Source of the DNA: a virus
Taxonomy: Duplodnaviria > Caudoviricetes
Direction: 5' to 3' (one strand)
IMG/VR virus record: IMGVR_UViG_3300030376_000976
Span: 1 to 25,530 of that record
Length of the DNA stretch: 25,530 bases
Below are positions 16,867 through 25,530 of this stretch, piece after piece (position 1 is the first letter of the stretch; the number at the start of each line of letters is the position of its first letter). The notes under the pieces were generated by a model. It was not told the DNA's origin, ran no database searches, and saw only the letters and a list, made by a program, of their open reading frames with translations. The position numbers were made by a program, and so were the translations under genes.

Positions 16867-17706
16867 ATGGCAGACGCAATGAGTTTAATAGCAAGTGCAA
16901 TAGGAAGCGCCTTACAAGCTAAAGGAGCTAAAGAAGCTAATAAAGCTTTAGTTGAAGGACAGAAAGAAGCTGCTGACTACGCTTTAACAGAATCTTTGCC
17001 TTGGAATGTAGCTGGTTCTTTAGGTGGAGTTAAGTTTGATGCTGATGGTAAAGCAGTAGGCTTAGGTTTATCTGATACTTTCCAGAAACAACAAGATGCA
17101 ATGATAGCTTCTGCTGATGCTAATAGAGGCTACTTATCAGGTATAGAAGCAGACCCAATTACAGCAGAAAACAGATACTATGAGCAACAAATGGCTCTTC
17201 TTAGACCGGAACAAGAAGCAGAAAGAGAAGCTTTAGATGCTCAACTTGTAGCAAGAGGAATGCTAGGTTCTACTGGAGGTATGGGACAATCACAAGCTCT
17301 AAGAGAAGCTCAAGGAACTACTAATTTACAAGTTAGACAATCAGCTAGCGATAGAGTACAGGATATGATAGATAGATACAGGACTAGAGTATCAGAAGAT
17401 GTATCTGGAGCAGCGCAATTAGGACAACTACCTTTAGACTATGCTAATTTAGGCGTAGGTATAGGAGGTATGTTATCAGATGCTGCTATAGCAGGTTCTA
17501 AATATATTTCAGGAGCTAATATGGCTAATGCTAGATATAGAGGAGCTAGGTACGCAGGTCCGGGACAAGCGATTAAAAACTTTAAAGGTTTTGATAAAGG
17601 GTATAGCTGGGGTTCTCGTTCTAATAATACACAATACGGTGGAGCAGGTCCTAAGACTGCTGCTCAAGCTTCTTATCTCAGTAAGAATGTATATAGCAAT
17701 TTATAA
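16867..17706 (+). CDS. Putative internal virion / DNA ejection protein
   Basis: Gly/Ala/Gln-rich, hydrophobic N-terminus, L-ARG-LGST motif, no Cys, position after tail genes. AGGAG RBS. Confidence 0.7.
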   Translation: MADAMSLIASAIGSALQAKGAKEANKALVEGQKEAADYALTESLPWNVAGSLGGVKFDADGKAVGLGLSDTFQKQQDAMIASADANRGYLSGIEADPITAENRYYEQQMALLRPEQEAEREALDAQLVARGMLGSTGGMGQSQALREAQGTTNLQVRQSASDRVQDMIDRYRTRVSEDVSGAAQLGQLPLDYANLGVGIGGMLSDAAIAGSKYISGANMANARYRGARYAGPGQAIKNFKGFDKGYSWGSRSNNTQYGGAGPKTAAQASYLSKNVYSNL

Positions 17707-17718
17707 GGAGAATAAATA

Positions 17719-18540
17719 ATGGGAATGTTTGATTTTAAACCATCTGATTCAACAGCTTATGTAGGACCGGGATTTGATACTTATGCTTCTGACTTAGCTT
17801 TCTCAGGGTATGGAGGTATGATGTCTTCACTAGGTAAACTAGCAGGCTTTCAAGATGAAGAAGACATGCTAAAGCAGATATATTCTAGTGCTGACTTTGA
17901 AACAGACTCTGGTAGGCGAGCTGCTGTAGATGCAGTAATGGCTATTAATCCAGAGAAAGGAGCAGAACTCCAGAAGATGCTTACAGAACAAGCTGTAGGA
18001 GATGCTCAATTAGCTACAGCAGAATTAGCTACAGAATCTGCTGAGTTACAGAATGTAATGATAAAGCACGGAACTAAGTTAAATCGTGAGTTTGTTATGA
18101 GTCCTGCTGATGGTGGACAGTCAGCTACAATACAACAATGGTTTGCTACAAATAATATACCTACTGGTGAAGTACCTCCTACTACTTTTACAGGCGCACT
18201 TAAGTATATTTATTCTTACTTTACAGCGAGTGATGGTACTATAGATAGAACAATGGCAGGTAATTATAGAGATGACTTGAAGAATAACCTAGATGCTGCT
18301 AAAGATAACTGGATTCAATCAGGAGCAATGGCTATTATGGAAGAAGGCTCTGCTGAAAATGTACCTACTTACTCAGCAGAAGAAGCTTTTAATGCTAACT
18401 TACTAGAAGATGAGGAGTGGGAGAAGTTTATTAAAGAGAAAGTAGAAGCTGCTCAAAAGAGTAAATTATTAAACCTTAGAGATTCTTCTGGACTTAAACT
18501 AGGAGGAGATAGTAGTCCACTTTTAAGTATTAACAGATAA
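17719..18540 (+). CDS. Putative internal virion protein
   Basis: Helical, Cys-free 273 aa in the ejection-protein slot. AAGGAG RBS. Confidence 0.6.
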   Translation: MGMFDFKPSDSTAYVGPGFDTYASDLAFSGYGGMMSSLGKLAGFQDEEDMLKQIYSSADFETDSGRRAAVDAVMAINPEKGAELQKMLTEQAVGDAQLATAELATESAELQNVMIKHGTKLNREFVMSPADGGQSATIQQWFATNNIPTGEVPPTTFTGALKYIYSYFTASDGTIDRTMAGNYRDDLKNNLDAAKDNWIQSGAMAIMEEGSAENVPTYSAEEAFNANLLEDEEWEKFIKEKVEAAQKSKLLNLRDSSGLKLGGDSSPLLSINR

Positions 18541-18544
18541 TAAA

Positions 18545-21500
18545 ATGCTATCCGTAGAAGAAAGAAACAAACAATTAGCTGCTGAAATGGCACTATATAA
18601 CTCTCGTTTTAGTGAGCCTGAGAAAAAAGGCTTTTCTCTAAATCCTTTGGGTTATGGTTCTTTCGGTTCTTGGGCAACTTCCGCTTTAACAGGACAGGTT
18701 ATATCTAATTTAGCATATAAAGAAGATGACCCCTTGATGGAGAAGTGGTTTGTAGAAAGAGGATGGATAGAGTTTGGAGCTAATCTTGTAGATGATGAGC
18801 TAGAACTTTATAAGAAGATAGGTGAAACTAGAGATTTTACTCAGCAAGAATACGATACTATACAAGAGTTGAGAAGAAGAAAATCTTTACTTACTAGAGA
18901 TTTAAGTTATGTCTATAAAAAACTAGGCGGTGACTTTGATGCTCCTATGGATGTCAAGGGACAGAGCATGAATGAGAGATGGGGTATCGACCACAGTAAT
19001 GACCCCGATGTTATAGATTTTTTAAAGATGTTAAAAGATAATCCTACTTATACTTTAGGATTATTTACATCTGAGATGATAAAAGATTTACCTCTTAGTG
19101 TTTTATCTTATGTAGGATTAACTGCTAAAACAGCTAGTGGAGCTAGTGCTTTAAGGACAGCAGTTAATACTCTTAATAAGATAGAACCTAAAATCATGAG
19201 GAATATTGCTAAGATAGGTACAGGTGTAGCAGCTTCTTCTGCTGCTGGTGCAGGTTATGAGGCAGCTTATACTTTGTTAGACCAAGGTGATGTAAAAGGA
19301 TATAGGGTAAAAACAGGCGCACAGTTCGGTGCTGCTTTTGGTGTATTAGCTGGACTAGGTTTGTTAAGAAGTGGTTCTAATTTAACTAAAGCTACTCCTA
19401 AAACAAAAACACCTACACCTCCTGATGAAATAAAAGGAGCAACTTCAGACGCTAAAGAATTAGATGCAGTTACTGAAGCAGTTACAACAGTTAAAGAAAA
19501 ACAAACTATTCTTAATCCAGCAGAAGAGTTAGCTAAGAATCCTAGAAAGATATTTCCTGAATTAACTGAAAGAGAACTTGTATTTGGTGATAAAGAAAAG
19601 TCTGTTTACCATACTTCTAGAGAAATGTGGAATAAAGACCGACTACCTGATAGTTATATATTAGTAGATTTAGGTACTAGAGAAGGAAGAGCATACGCTA
19701 GGCAAAACAAATGGTTAGGTAAAAATAAAAATGATACTTTAAAAGGATTTACTGGAGTAAAGACTGTAATTGATAGGAATATAGCAGATGGTATGCCTCA
19801 TATTGTAGTAGATTACAATAGAACTGCTAAAGTATTTAGTAGACTTAAGAAAAACTTTAGTAAGCATGTAGGAGAAGGTGGTAGATTAAGAAAGGTTTCT
19901 CCTAGTGAGCATGTTTTTCTTAAAAGTCCTGATAGTTTTAATTCTTTTCTCTTTGCTAGAGAGAAAGCTGATATTAAATTAAAGAATGAAGATGCTAGAT
20001 TAGAAGCTGAAGGAAAACAACCCCAACAATGGAAAGAAGCTGATGGTAGAGATGTTGAAATAAACAAAACAGCAGCCGATGAGCTTAGAAGAGCTTACGA
20101 TGAAGTTAATACTACAGAATATAGAAGTAGAAGTGATGAAGACTTGATGGATGATGCTGAGTTAAACTCTCTACAAGAAGAAGATATGATTCCTTTAGCT
20201 CCTACTGGGAAAATAGGTAGAGCCATGGATTACCTAGAAGCAAATCCTAAAGCATTAGCTGGAGCTACATTAGGTACAGGAGCTTTAGCTGCGCTTGCTT
20301 CTGATGAAGGTACTCCTCTTAGTGATAGAGCTTTAAATACTGGTGCTGCTATGTTAGCTGTAGGCTTAGGTCCGAAAGCTAGGGCGTTTACTAAAGGTAC
20401 GCCTCTTAATAGAATTACAGCTAATATTAAAGCTCAAGTAGCTAGAGGTTTAGAAGTAGATGCTGCTACTGCTAAAGCTTGGGAAGCCAATGTCCAAGGT
20501 GTTGTTGATGATTTAGACATAGCTATAGAAAAGATAGTAAAAAGTAAGACATCTTCACTTCCTAGAGAAACTGTAGGATTGGCTTTTACAGACTTCTTAG
20601 AAGGAGGTATGCTTAAACGAACTCAATATGTACAGAATAGAGAAGTATATATTAATGATGAGTTACTTGACATAGCTAAGAGATATAGAAAAGTACTTGA
20701 TGAGATAGGAGAAGCAGCTATAGAGTCAGGCTTAATAAAAGATAAGTCTAAGTTTACTAGATTTAAGTTTGGAGATAGGAACAATTTAGGCACAGGTGCT
20801 TTCCTAGCAAACTATGTTCCACATATATTTAAAAGGGTAGATGAATTACCCGAAGAAGCTCTTATGAGAATCTATGGAAGAATAAATGATATGAGGACTA
20901 AAGATAGAACTATCAAAGGTACTTTGGCAGAGATTAAAAAGATGATAGATGAGGAGGAGTTTGCCGATATAGATGGATGGGGTAGGTATGTTTCCTTAAC
21001 TACAGAGAAACCTTGGGGTATTGGAAGTAGAGGAGTACTAGAAACTGACCCAGTTAAATTAATAAGTATCTATACTCAAGGTATGACAAGAGCTATTGTT
21101 GGAAGAAATGCTATAGAAAGCATGAGAAGAATAGACATGGCTCCTAATGGTAAGAAACCTAAAGGTTATGAGAATTGGGATGGTGTCTGGAGAAAAGGAA
21201 CAGAAGAGTTCCAACAATACTCCAGTAGAAAAAGGATGCCTTCTGTAGTATTAAAGAAAGACTTTCAGAAGATGCAGGAAAGTGGTAATTACTCTAAACA
21301 AGAACTACTTCACTATAAAGAATTTAGACATCCAGCTTTAGGTGCTTATATGGGACATAACAATGTCATGGGTATCTTAGATGACTTCTTTGCTATCAGT
21401 AAGAAAGAAGGACTGATAGCTATACCTGAGAAGTTATTGAAAGTAAATAATGGACTTAAGCGTGTTTTTGTATTTGGTTCTTTATTCCATTCACAAGCTT

Positions 21501-22738
21501 TACTTATGTCTGCTATGTATGCCTTAGGTCCAGTAGGCGCACTAAAAGGATTTGCTCAACATGGTGCGCATAAGTTAGGCATACCGGGTTTTAAATCAGG
21601 GAATATAGAATGGCTTAAGCTTCAATTAAATACTGAATCCTTTTATGATATAGCACAAGAAGCTATTAGAAATGGTTTACAAGTTGTTAATATTAAGAAG
21701 CAAGAGTTAATAAACCCCGGTAAACCTAATGTAGACCCACTTTTAGAGAAGCTAGGAGCTGCTGGACAATTAGGTAAGAAAGGTTTTGACATGATAGATA
21801 AGGTAACATGGGAATATCTACATGATAGATTCAAATTAGCTACTTATATAAGACATAAAGAAAGAGCTATAAAGAGAGGCTTAAGTGAAGAAGCAGCAGG
21901 TAGAAAAGCAGCTACTTTTGCTAATGATGCTTTTGGTTCTTTAGACTTTAATGACTTCTCAGCTAAACTTCTAGAAGATGCAGCAGCTAATCCTGATAGA
22001 TGGATAGGTAAGATGAAAGATTATGTAGGTAGTAGCATGCCTGTTAATAAACGCAGATGGTTAAACATGTTTCTATTTGCACCTGACTGGACTATATCTA
22101 ATATCAGGATTATAGGTAAAACATTTACAGGTGCGCCTGCTGCTAGTAGAGCTTTCTATCAAAAGATATTGAAAGGTGAGAATTGGGATGACCCAAAAGC
22201 TAAAGAGATATTAGCAGCTTGGCAGATGTATGGAGGCTATACTGCTAGAGCAGCTATATACACTTCAGCTTTATGGTGGGCGATGACTTCAGCTTTCTCT
22301 AATGAAAAGCCAACAGCCGATGGCTTATGGGACTTTTGGTTTGGAGAGCAGAGTGGTAAATTAGACTTAGGAGATGGTGAGAGTATGGTTATATCTAAAC
22401 AGATAGCAGAACCTATACATTTTATACAGCACTTTCAACATACATTAAGTAATAAAGGAGCTGTTGTACCTAAAACTCTACTAGAAGCTATGTATAATAA
22501 ACAATGGTTCTCAATGAAAGATGGAATACCACTAGGTCCACGCATTATAGATGAAGATGGAACTAGTCATGTAGGTAAGTGGCTATTTGGAAAGACATTA
22601 CCTATCTCAGTTAAGCCTCTTGTCCAGTCTTTAACAACAGATGACTTCTCTGTAACAGAAGGTTTAGAAAGAACTTTAACAGGTTTCTTAGGATTTCCTC
22701 AATATGGAACGCCTAAAGAACGCCCTTATTTAAAATAA
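18545..22738 (+). CDS. Large internal virion (ejection) protein, 1397 aa
   Basis: Size and position, Gly/Ala hydrophobic segments, NYVPHIF and LFAPDWT motifs common in large podovirus core proteins. No catalytic domain recognised. Confidence 0.7.
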   Translation: MLSVEERNKQLAAEMALYNSRFSEPEKKGFSLNPLGYGSFGSWATSALTGQVISNLAYKEDDPLMEKWFVERGWIEFGANLVDDELELYKKIGETRDFTQQEYDTIQELRRRKSLLTRDLSYVYKKLGGDFDAPMDVKGQSMNERWGIDHSNDPDVIDFLKMLKDNPTYTLGLFTSEMIKDLPLSVLSYVGLTAKTASGASALRTAVNTLNKIEPKIMRNIAKIGTGVAASSAAGAGYEAAYTLLDQGDVKGYRVKTGAQFGAAFGVLAGLGLLRSGSNLTKATPKTKTPTPPDEIKGATSDAKELDAVTEAVTTVKEKQTILNPAEELAKNPRKIFPELTERELVFGDKEKSVYHTSREMWNKDRLPDSYILVDLGTREGRAYARQNKWLGKNKNDTLKGFTGVKTVIDRNIADGMPHIVVDYNRTAKVFSRLKKNFSKHVGEGGRLRKVSPSEHVFLKSPDSFNSFLFAREKADIKLKNEDARLEAEGKQPQQWKEADGRDVEINKTAADELRRAYDEVNTTEYRSRSDEDLMDDAELNSLQEEDMIPLAPTGKIGRAMDYLEANPKALAGATLGTGALAALASDEGTPLSDRALNTGAAMLAVGLGPKARAFTKGTPLNRITANIKAQVARGLEVDAATAKAWEANVQGVVDDLDIAIEKIVKSKTSSLPRETVGLAFTDFLEGGMLKRTQYVQNREVYINDELLDIAKRYRKVLDEIGEAAIESGLIKDKSKFTRFKFGDRNNLGTGAFLANYVPHIFKRVDELPEEALMRIYGRINDMRTKDRTIKGTLAEIKKMIDEEEFADIDGWGRYVSLTTEKPWGIGSRGVLETDPVKLISIYTQGMTRAIVGRNAIESMRRIDMAPNGKKPKGYENWDGVWRKGTEEFQQYSSRKRMPSVVLKKDFQKMQESGNYSKQELLHYKEFRHPALGAYMGHNNVMGILDDFFAISKKEGLIAIPEKLLKVNNGLKRVFVFGSLFHSQALLMSAMYALGPVGALKGFAQHGAHKLGIPGFKSGNIEWLKLQLNTESFYDIAQEAIRNGLQVVNIKKQELINPGKPNVDPLLEKLGAAGQLGKKGFDMIDKVTWEYLHDRFKLATYIRHKERAIKRGLSEEAAGRKAATFANDAFGSLDFNDFSAKLLEDAAANPDRWIGKMKDYVGSSMPVNKRRWLNMFLFAPDWTISNIRIIGKTFTGAPAASRAFYQKILKGENWDDPKAKEILAAWQMYGGYTARAAIYTSALWWAMTSAFSNEKPTADGLWDFWFGEQSGKLDLGDGESMVISKQIAEPIHFIQHFQHTLSNKGAVVPKTLLEAMYNKQWFSMKDGIPLGPRIIDEDGTSHVGKWLFGKTLPISVKPLVQSLTTDDFSVTEGLERTLTGFLGFPQYGTPKERPYLK

Positions 22739-22754
22739 TTAACAGGATATAATT

Positions 22755-24719
22755 ATGGCAAGTTTAATGCAAGATAACCTAGACGCAGCTTTAGCTGCTT
22801 ATGAAAAGGATAAGGCAGCAGGTGAGGATATGTACAGCCTAGAGCCTAAAGAAAGAGAGGAAGGAGCTGGGTTTTTCTCGACTCTTTATACAGCAGTTCA
22901 GAATCTACCTACTGATGTAATATTAGAAACCTCTTATTTAGTAGATGCTATAACTAGTCCTATAGAAACTGGAGAAGCGATACTTAGAGTAGCAGCCGGT
23001 TATGCTCAGAAGGCATTACCTGATGACTGGGAAAGATATCTTCCTGAAGACTGGGCGACTAATAAAGAATACGCCAACGCCATTAATGAGTATTATATTG
23101 AGAAATACGGAAGCTTGGAAAAGGCTGCTGATTCTCTTGCTGAGCAACCTGTAAGCGTAGCATTAGATGTATTTGCAGTTAAATCTTTACTTACTGCTAT
23201 CAGTAAACAAGCAACTAAGACAGCTTTAGCTAGTAAAGATATGGCTAATACAGCTAAAGGTACAGTTATGGAAGGAGAACTAGCTTCTAGAGCTGCTTCT
23301 GATGCAGCAGTAGTTAGAGAAATTAAAAAAACTGAACGCTATGAAGGAACTCTAGTATGGGATGAAGCTATAGGTGCGCATGTGCCAGCCTCAGAAGTTA
23401 CAAGAGCAACTAGAATAGATGGAGCAGAAGCTGCTAAAAGAATAGATGATATTGAAGCAACCCGACCTACTAACGCTCCTGCTGTAGCTGCCCAAGTAGA
23501 TAATATAGATGATTTTAATATTGTCAGAGATGACTTAAATGTTGTTTCTAGAGAAGACATGATAGCTTTAGCAAATGCAACTAAAGAAACTAGAACTACT
23601 GCTAGGAAAGTAAATGAAGATTGGATGGATACTGTTGACAATCCTAATATAAATAGCGAGATTGTTTATGCTGAAACAGTTATCCCTGCTAAGATTCGTC
23701 ATCATGAAGCAAACATAGCGCACATGGAAGCAGCTATGGCAAACACAGGTAGGAGCGGAGCAGATAGTAACTACCCTATAGCAATAGCCGATGAGCAGGC
23801 AAAAATAGCAGCTCTTAGTAAAGATGCTTCAGAAACTTTAGCTATTCAAGGTGTTGACACTCAGTTTGCTCGTGATAATTTTAGAGGGGATGTTGTATCA
23901 AAAGAAGCTCTTATAGATTCTTACAATGCTTTAAGAATGCCAGATATGGAAGCTGATGGTATGATGGCTGCAACTAGGAATCAGACAGTTACTCCTGCTC
24001 TTGCTGCTAACATGGAAAAGATAATGAACGATAATGCTAGGATGAATAATCTTAGTAAGAGCGATGAGTTTTATCAGACAGAAGGTTTAAGACAAGGTGA
24101 ATTATTTACCAATGCTAATGCTGCTGCTTATGAAGCTTATCAAGCATCCAGACTAGCCAATGAAGTTAGAGCTGCTGCTGAATTATCTAAAGCTCAAGGA
24201 GCTGGTACTCCTGCTGTCAGAGGTATGTTGGTTACTACTCCTGAAACTAAGTTAGCTAAATTAAGTAGCGTAGAAAGCAAGATAACAGATAGAACACCTG
24301 TTAAGAAGCAAGAGTTTGCTCCTGTATCACCACCTAAGAATACTAACTTACAGTTTGATGCTAAGAAGGTTCTGCCTGCTATTCAAAGGGTGAGTGCTGC
24401 TGCTAATCAAAATCAATTAATAGGAGATAGAGATATAGATGGTTCTCTTATTCCTATAGCTCCAGACAAAGGTATTGATTTAAGAATGCCAGACATGCCT
24501 CCTTATGAAAAGTCTATAGACAATAGGGATATTACTGGTGGTAAGGTAAATACAAAGCCGGGATGGTTTCAAGGTGTTTCTCCAGACGATGATGATGATG
24601 GTAATTACTGGAGCGCAGACTTTGAAGATGAACATTGGAATACACCAGCAGGTGTACAGGAAGCTATTGGTATATGGGGTAGACCGATAGGTAATCGTAT
24701 TGCACAGAATTGGAGATGA
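22755..24719 (+). CDS. Hypothetical protein, 654 aa, probably virion-internal
   Basis: Ala-rich, Cys-free, AGGA RBS, co-oriented with the ejection genes. Confidence 0.6.
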   Translation: MASLMQDNLDAALAAYEKDKAAGEDMYSLEPKEREEGAGFFSTLYTAVQNLPTDVILETSYLVDAITSPIETGEAILRVAAGYAQKALPDDWERYLPEDWATNKEYANAINEYYIEKYGSLEKAADSLAEQPVSVALDVFAVKSLLTAISKQATKTALASKDMANTAKGTVMEGELASRAASDAAVVREIKKTERYEGTLVWDEAIGAHVPASEVTRATRIDGAEAAKRIDDIEATRPTNAPAVAAQVDNIDDFNIVRDDLNVVSREDMIALANATKETRTTARKVNEDWMDTVDNPNINSEIVYAETVIPAKIRHHEANIAHMEAAMANTGRSGADSNYPIAIADEQAKIAALSKDASETLAIQGVDTQFARDNFRGDVVSKEALIDSYNALRMPDMEADGMMAATRNQTVTPALAANMEKIMNDNARMNNLSKSDEFYQTEGLRQGELFTNANAAAYEAYQASRLANEVRAAAELSKAQGAGTPAVRGMLVTTPETKLAKLSSVESKITDRTPVKKQEFAPVSPPKNTNLQFDAKKVLPAIQRVSAAANQNQLIGDRDIDGSLIPIAPDKGIDLRMPDMPPYEKSIDNRDITGGKVNTKPGWFQGVSPDDDDDGNYWSADFEDEHWNTPAGVQEAIGIWGRPIGNRIAQNWR

Positions 24720-24720
24720 T

Positions 24721-25023
24721 ATGGCAGCAGATTGGTTAGATGCTTACTTAGGTAATAAAAAGAATATGAGGGTAACACCTTTGGTAAAAGCAGCTTGGAA
24801 GGCTAGGAGCTTTACTCCTTGGGGAGCAGCTTTAGGCATAGGTATGTTAGCAGGTGAGAAAGCTTGGGACTGGTATCAAGATTCTAAAGAAGATGCGATA
24901 GAGCCTACACCTGCTAGAGAAGATTACCTAGCTACTCTTAATAATAAATTTAGTGATGAAGAGTTAGAGGAGTTTAGAGCAAGAACAGGAAAAACATATC
25001 ACTCTCCTGAAATCAAATGGTGA
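24721..25023 (+). CDS. Hypothetical protein (100 aa) with Gly/Ala hydrophobic helix
   Basis: ATG 24721 follows GGAG at 24712-24715 (preferred over TTG 24700). Segment PWGAALGIGMLAG. Confidence 0.65.
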   Translation: MAADWLDAYLGNKKNMRVTPLVKAAWKARSFTPWGAALGIGMLAGEKAWDWYQDSKEDAIEPTPAREDYLATLNNKFSDEELEEFRARTGKTYHSPEIKW

Positions 25024-25064
25024 CATTGGTGGGCGAGGTGGATGTCTTTCTTCTTCCTTGTCCT

Positions 25065-25328
25065 TTATAGTTTGCATACACCATCCTCACAATCATCTGG
25101 ACCTGTAGTTATTATGTATTCATCTGACCTACCTGCTGTAGTAGTGATAGGTAATCTCCCTAAGTTAGCACAGGTAAACTGCTGTAGTAGATTCTCATCT
25201 GTTCTCAGTTCACATCTCTTGACATATCTAGTGTAGGCTTCTTCAAACTTCATACTTAATACTGCTGCTCTCTCTGCGTAATCTTCTGCTAATCTCTTAA
25301 TAATCTCTTGCCTACCACTTTGTGTCAT
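25065..25328 (-). CDS. Hypothetical protein, 87 aa, ending DDCEDGVCKL
   Basis: GGAG RBS and ATGA overlap with the upstream RusA-like gene. Confidence 0.75.
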   Translation of the reverse strand: MTQSGRQEIIKRLAEDYAERAAVLSMKFEEAYTRYVKRCELRTDENLLQQFTCANLGRLPITTTAGRSDEYIITTGPDDCEDGVCKL

Positions 25329-25530
25329 AACTCATCTCCATTTAATTCGATAACCACATAGTTATCTTCCATATCATCATCACCAAAACTCGTGGTGAAT
25401 CCCCTGACATAATCATAACTATCATCGGCTATCACTTCTTGCTCTACCAGCGCATCCATTAGGAACTTGTGTACAGGAAATGTATAGTTATCTATGTCTT
25501 TCTTTCTCTTTCCTTTAAAGAATAGAATAT
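25325..25530 (-). CDS. rusA: RusA-like Holliday junction resolvase, C-terminal part (5'-truncated; absent from ORF track)
   Basis: Manual translation ...ILFFKGKRKKDIDNYTFPVHKFLMDALVEQEVIADDSYDYVRGF...NGDEL* contains the RusA D-x-DN ... K ... DAL ... I-x-DD signature. Confidence 0.85.
   Translation of the reverse strand, partial: ILFFKGKRKKDIDNYTFPVHKFLMDALVEQEVIADDSYDYVRGFTTSFGDDDMEDNYVVIELNGDEL

Noticed and set aside
18008-18034. AATTAGCTACAG x2 with 15-nt period
   Set aside because: Short in-frame duplication in a helical region (LATAE/LATES) with no evidence of function.
18545-22738. Virion RNA polymerase or lytic transglycosylase domain in the 1397-aa protein
   Set aside because: No catalytic motifs recognised. 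An HHpred search would be needed to exclude it.
312-23641. Short - strand ORFs in the track (312, 1645, 2224, 2449, 5096, 6696, 7363, 9375, 11088, 12029, 19813, 21643, 23339)
   Set aside because: All are antisense shadows of well-supported + strand genes, mostly Ser/Leu/Ile-rich, with no recognisable motifs.
1-25530. Stop-codon reassignment, CRISPR array, tRNA or intron
   Set aside because: Genes are intact in the standard code with TAA, TAG and TGA all used as stops. Intergenic gaps are too short, and no spaced repeats or cloverleaf were seen.

Overview
Virion-morphogenesis region of an AT-rich, podovirus-like tailed dsDNA phage. Gene content resembles marine phages, which is an inference; the host is unknown. 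On the + strand the order is terminase large subunit (5'-truncated), an inserted hypothetical, portal, scaffold, major capsid with a downstream hairpin, HNH endonuclease, Zn-ribbon protein, a fibre module, a 2OG-Fe(II) oxygenase, a six-gene cassette of exported/membrane proteins, two holin-like membrane proteins, tail adaptor, tail nozzle, a second short fibre and several putative internal/ejection proteins. A convergent - strand unit (RusA-like resolvase plus a small protein with an NrdA-like Cys tail) begins at the right edge. The most notable item is the translationally coupled cassette at 10161-13259, which looks like a phage-encoded envelope or pilus-like assembly system (pilin-like lipoprotein, chaperone-like Ig protein, two Cys-clamped beta-hairpin proteins, membrane-anchored coiled coil). 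GATC and CCWGG appear strongly avoided, and the only CCWGG I found lies inside that cassette. All calls come from reading motifs and gene order; no database search was run.
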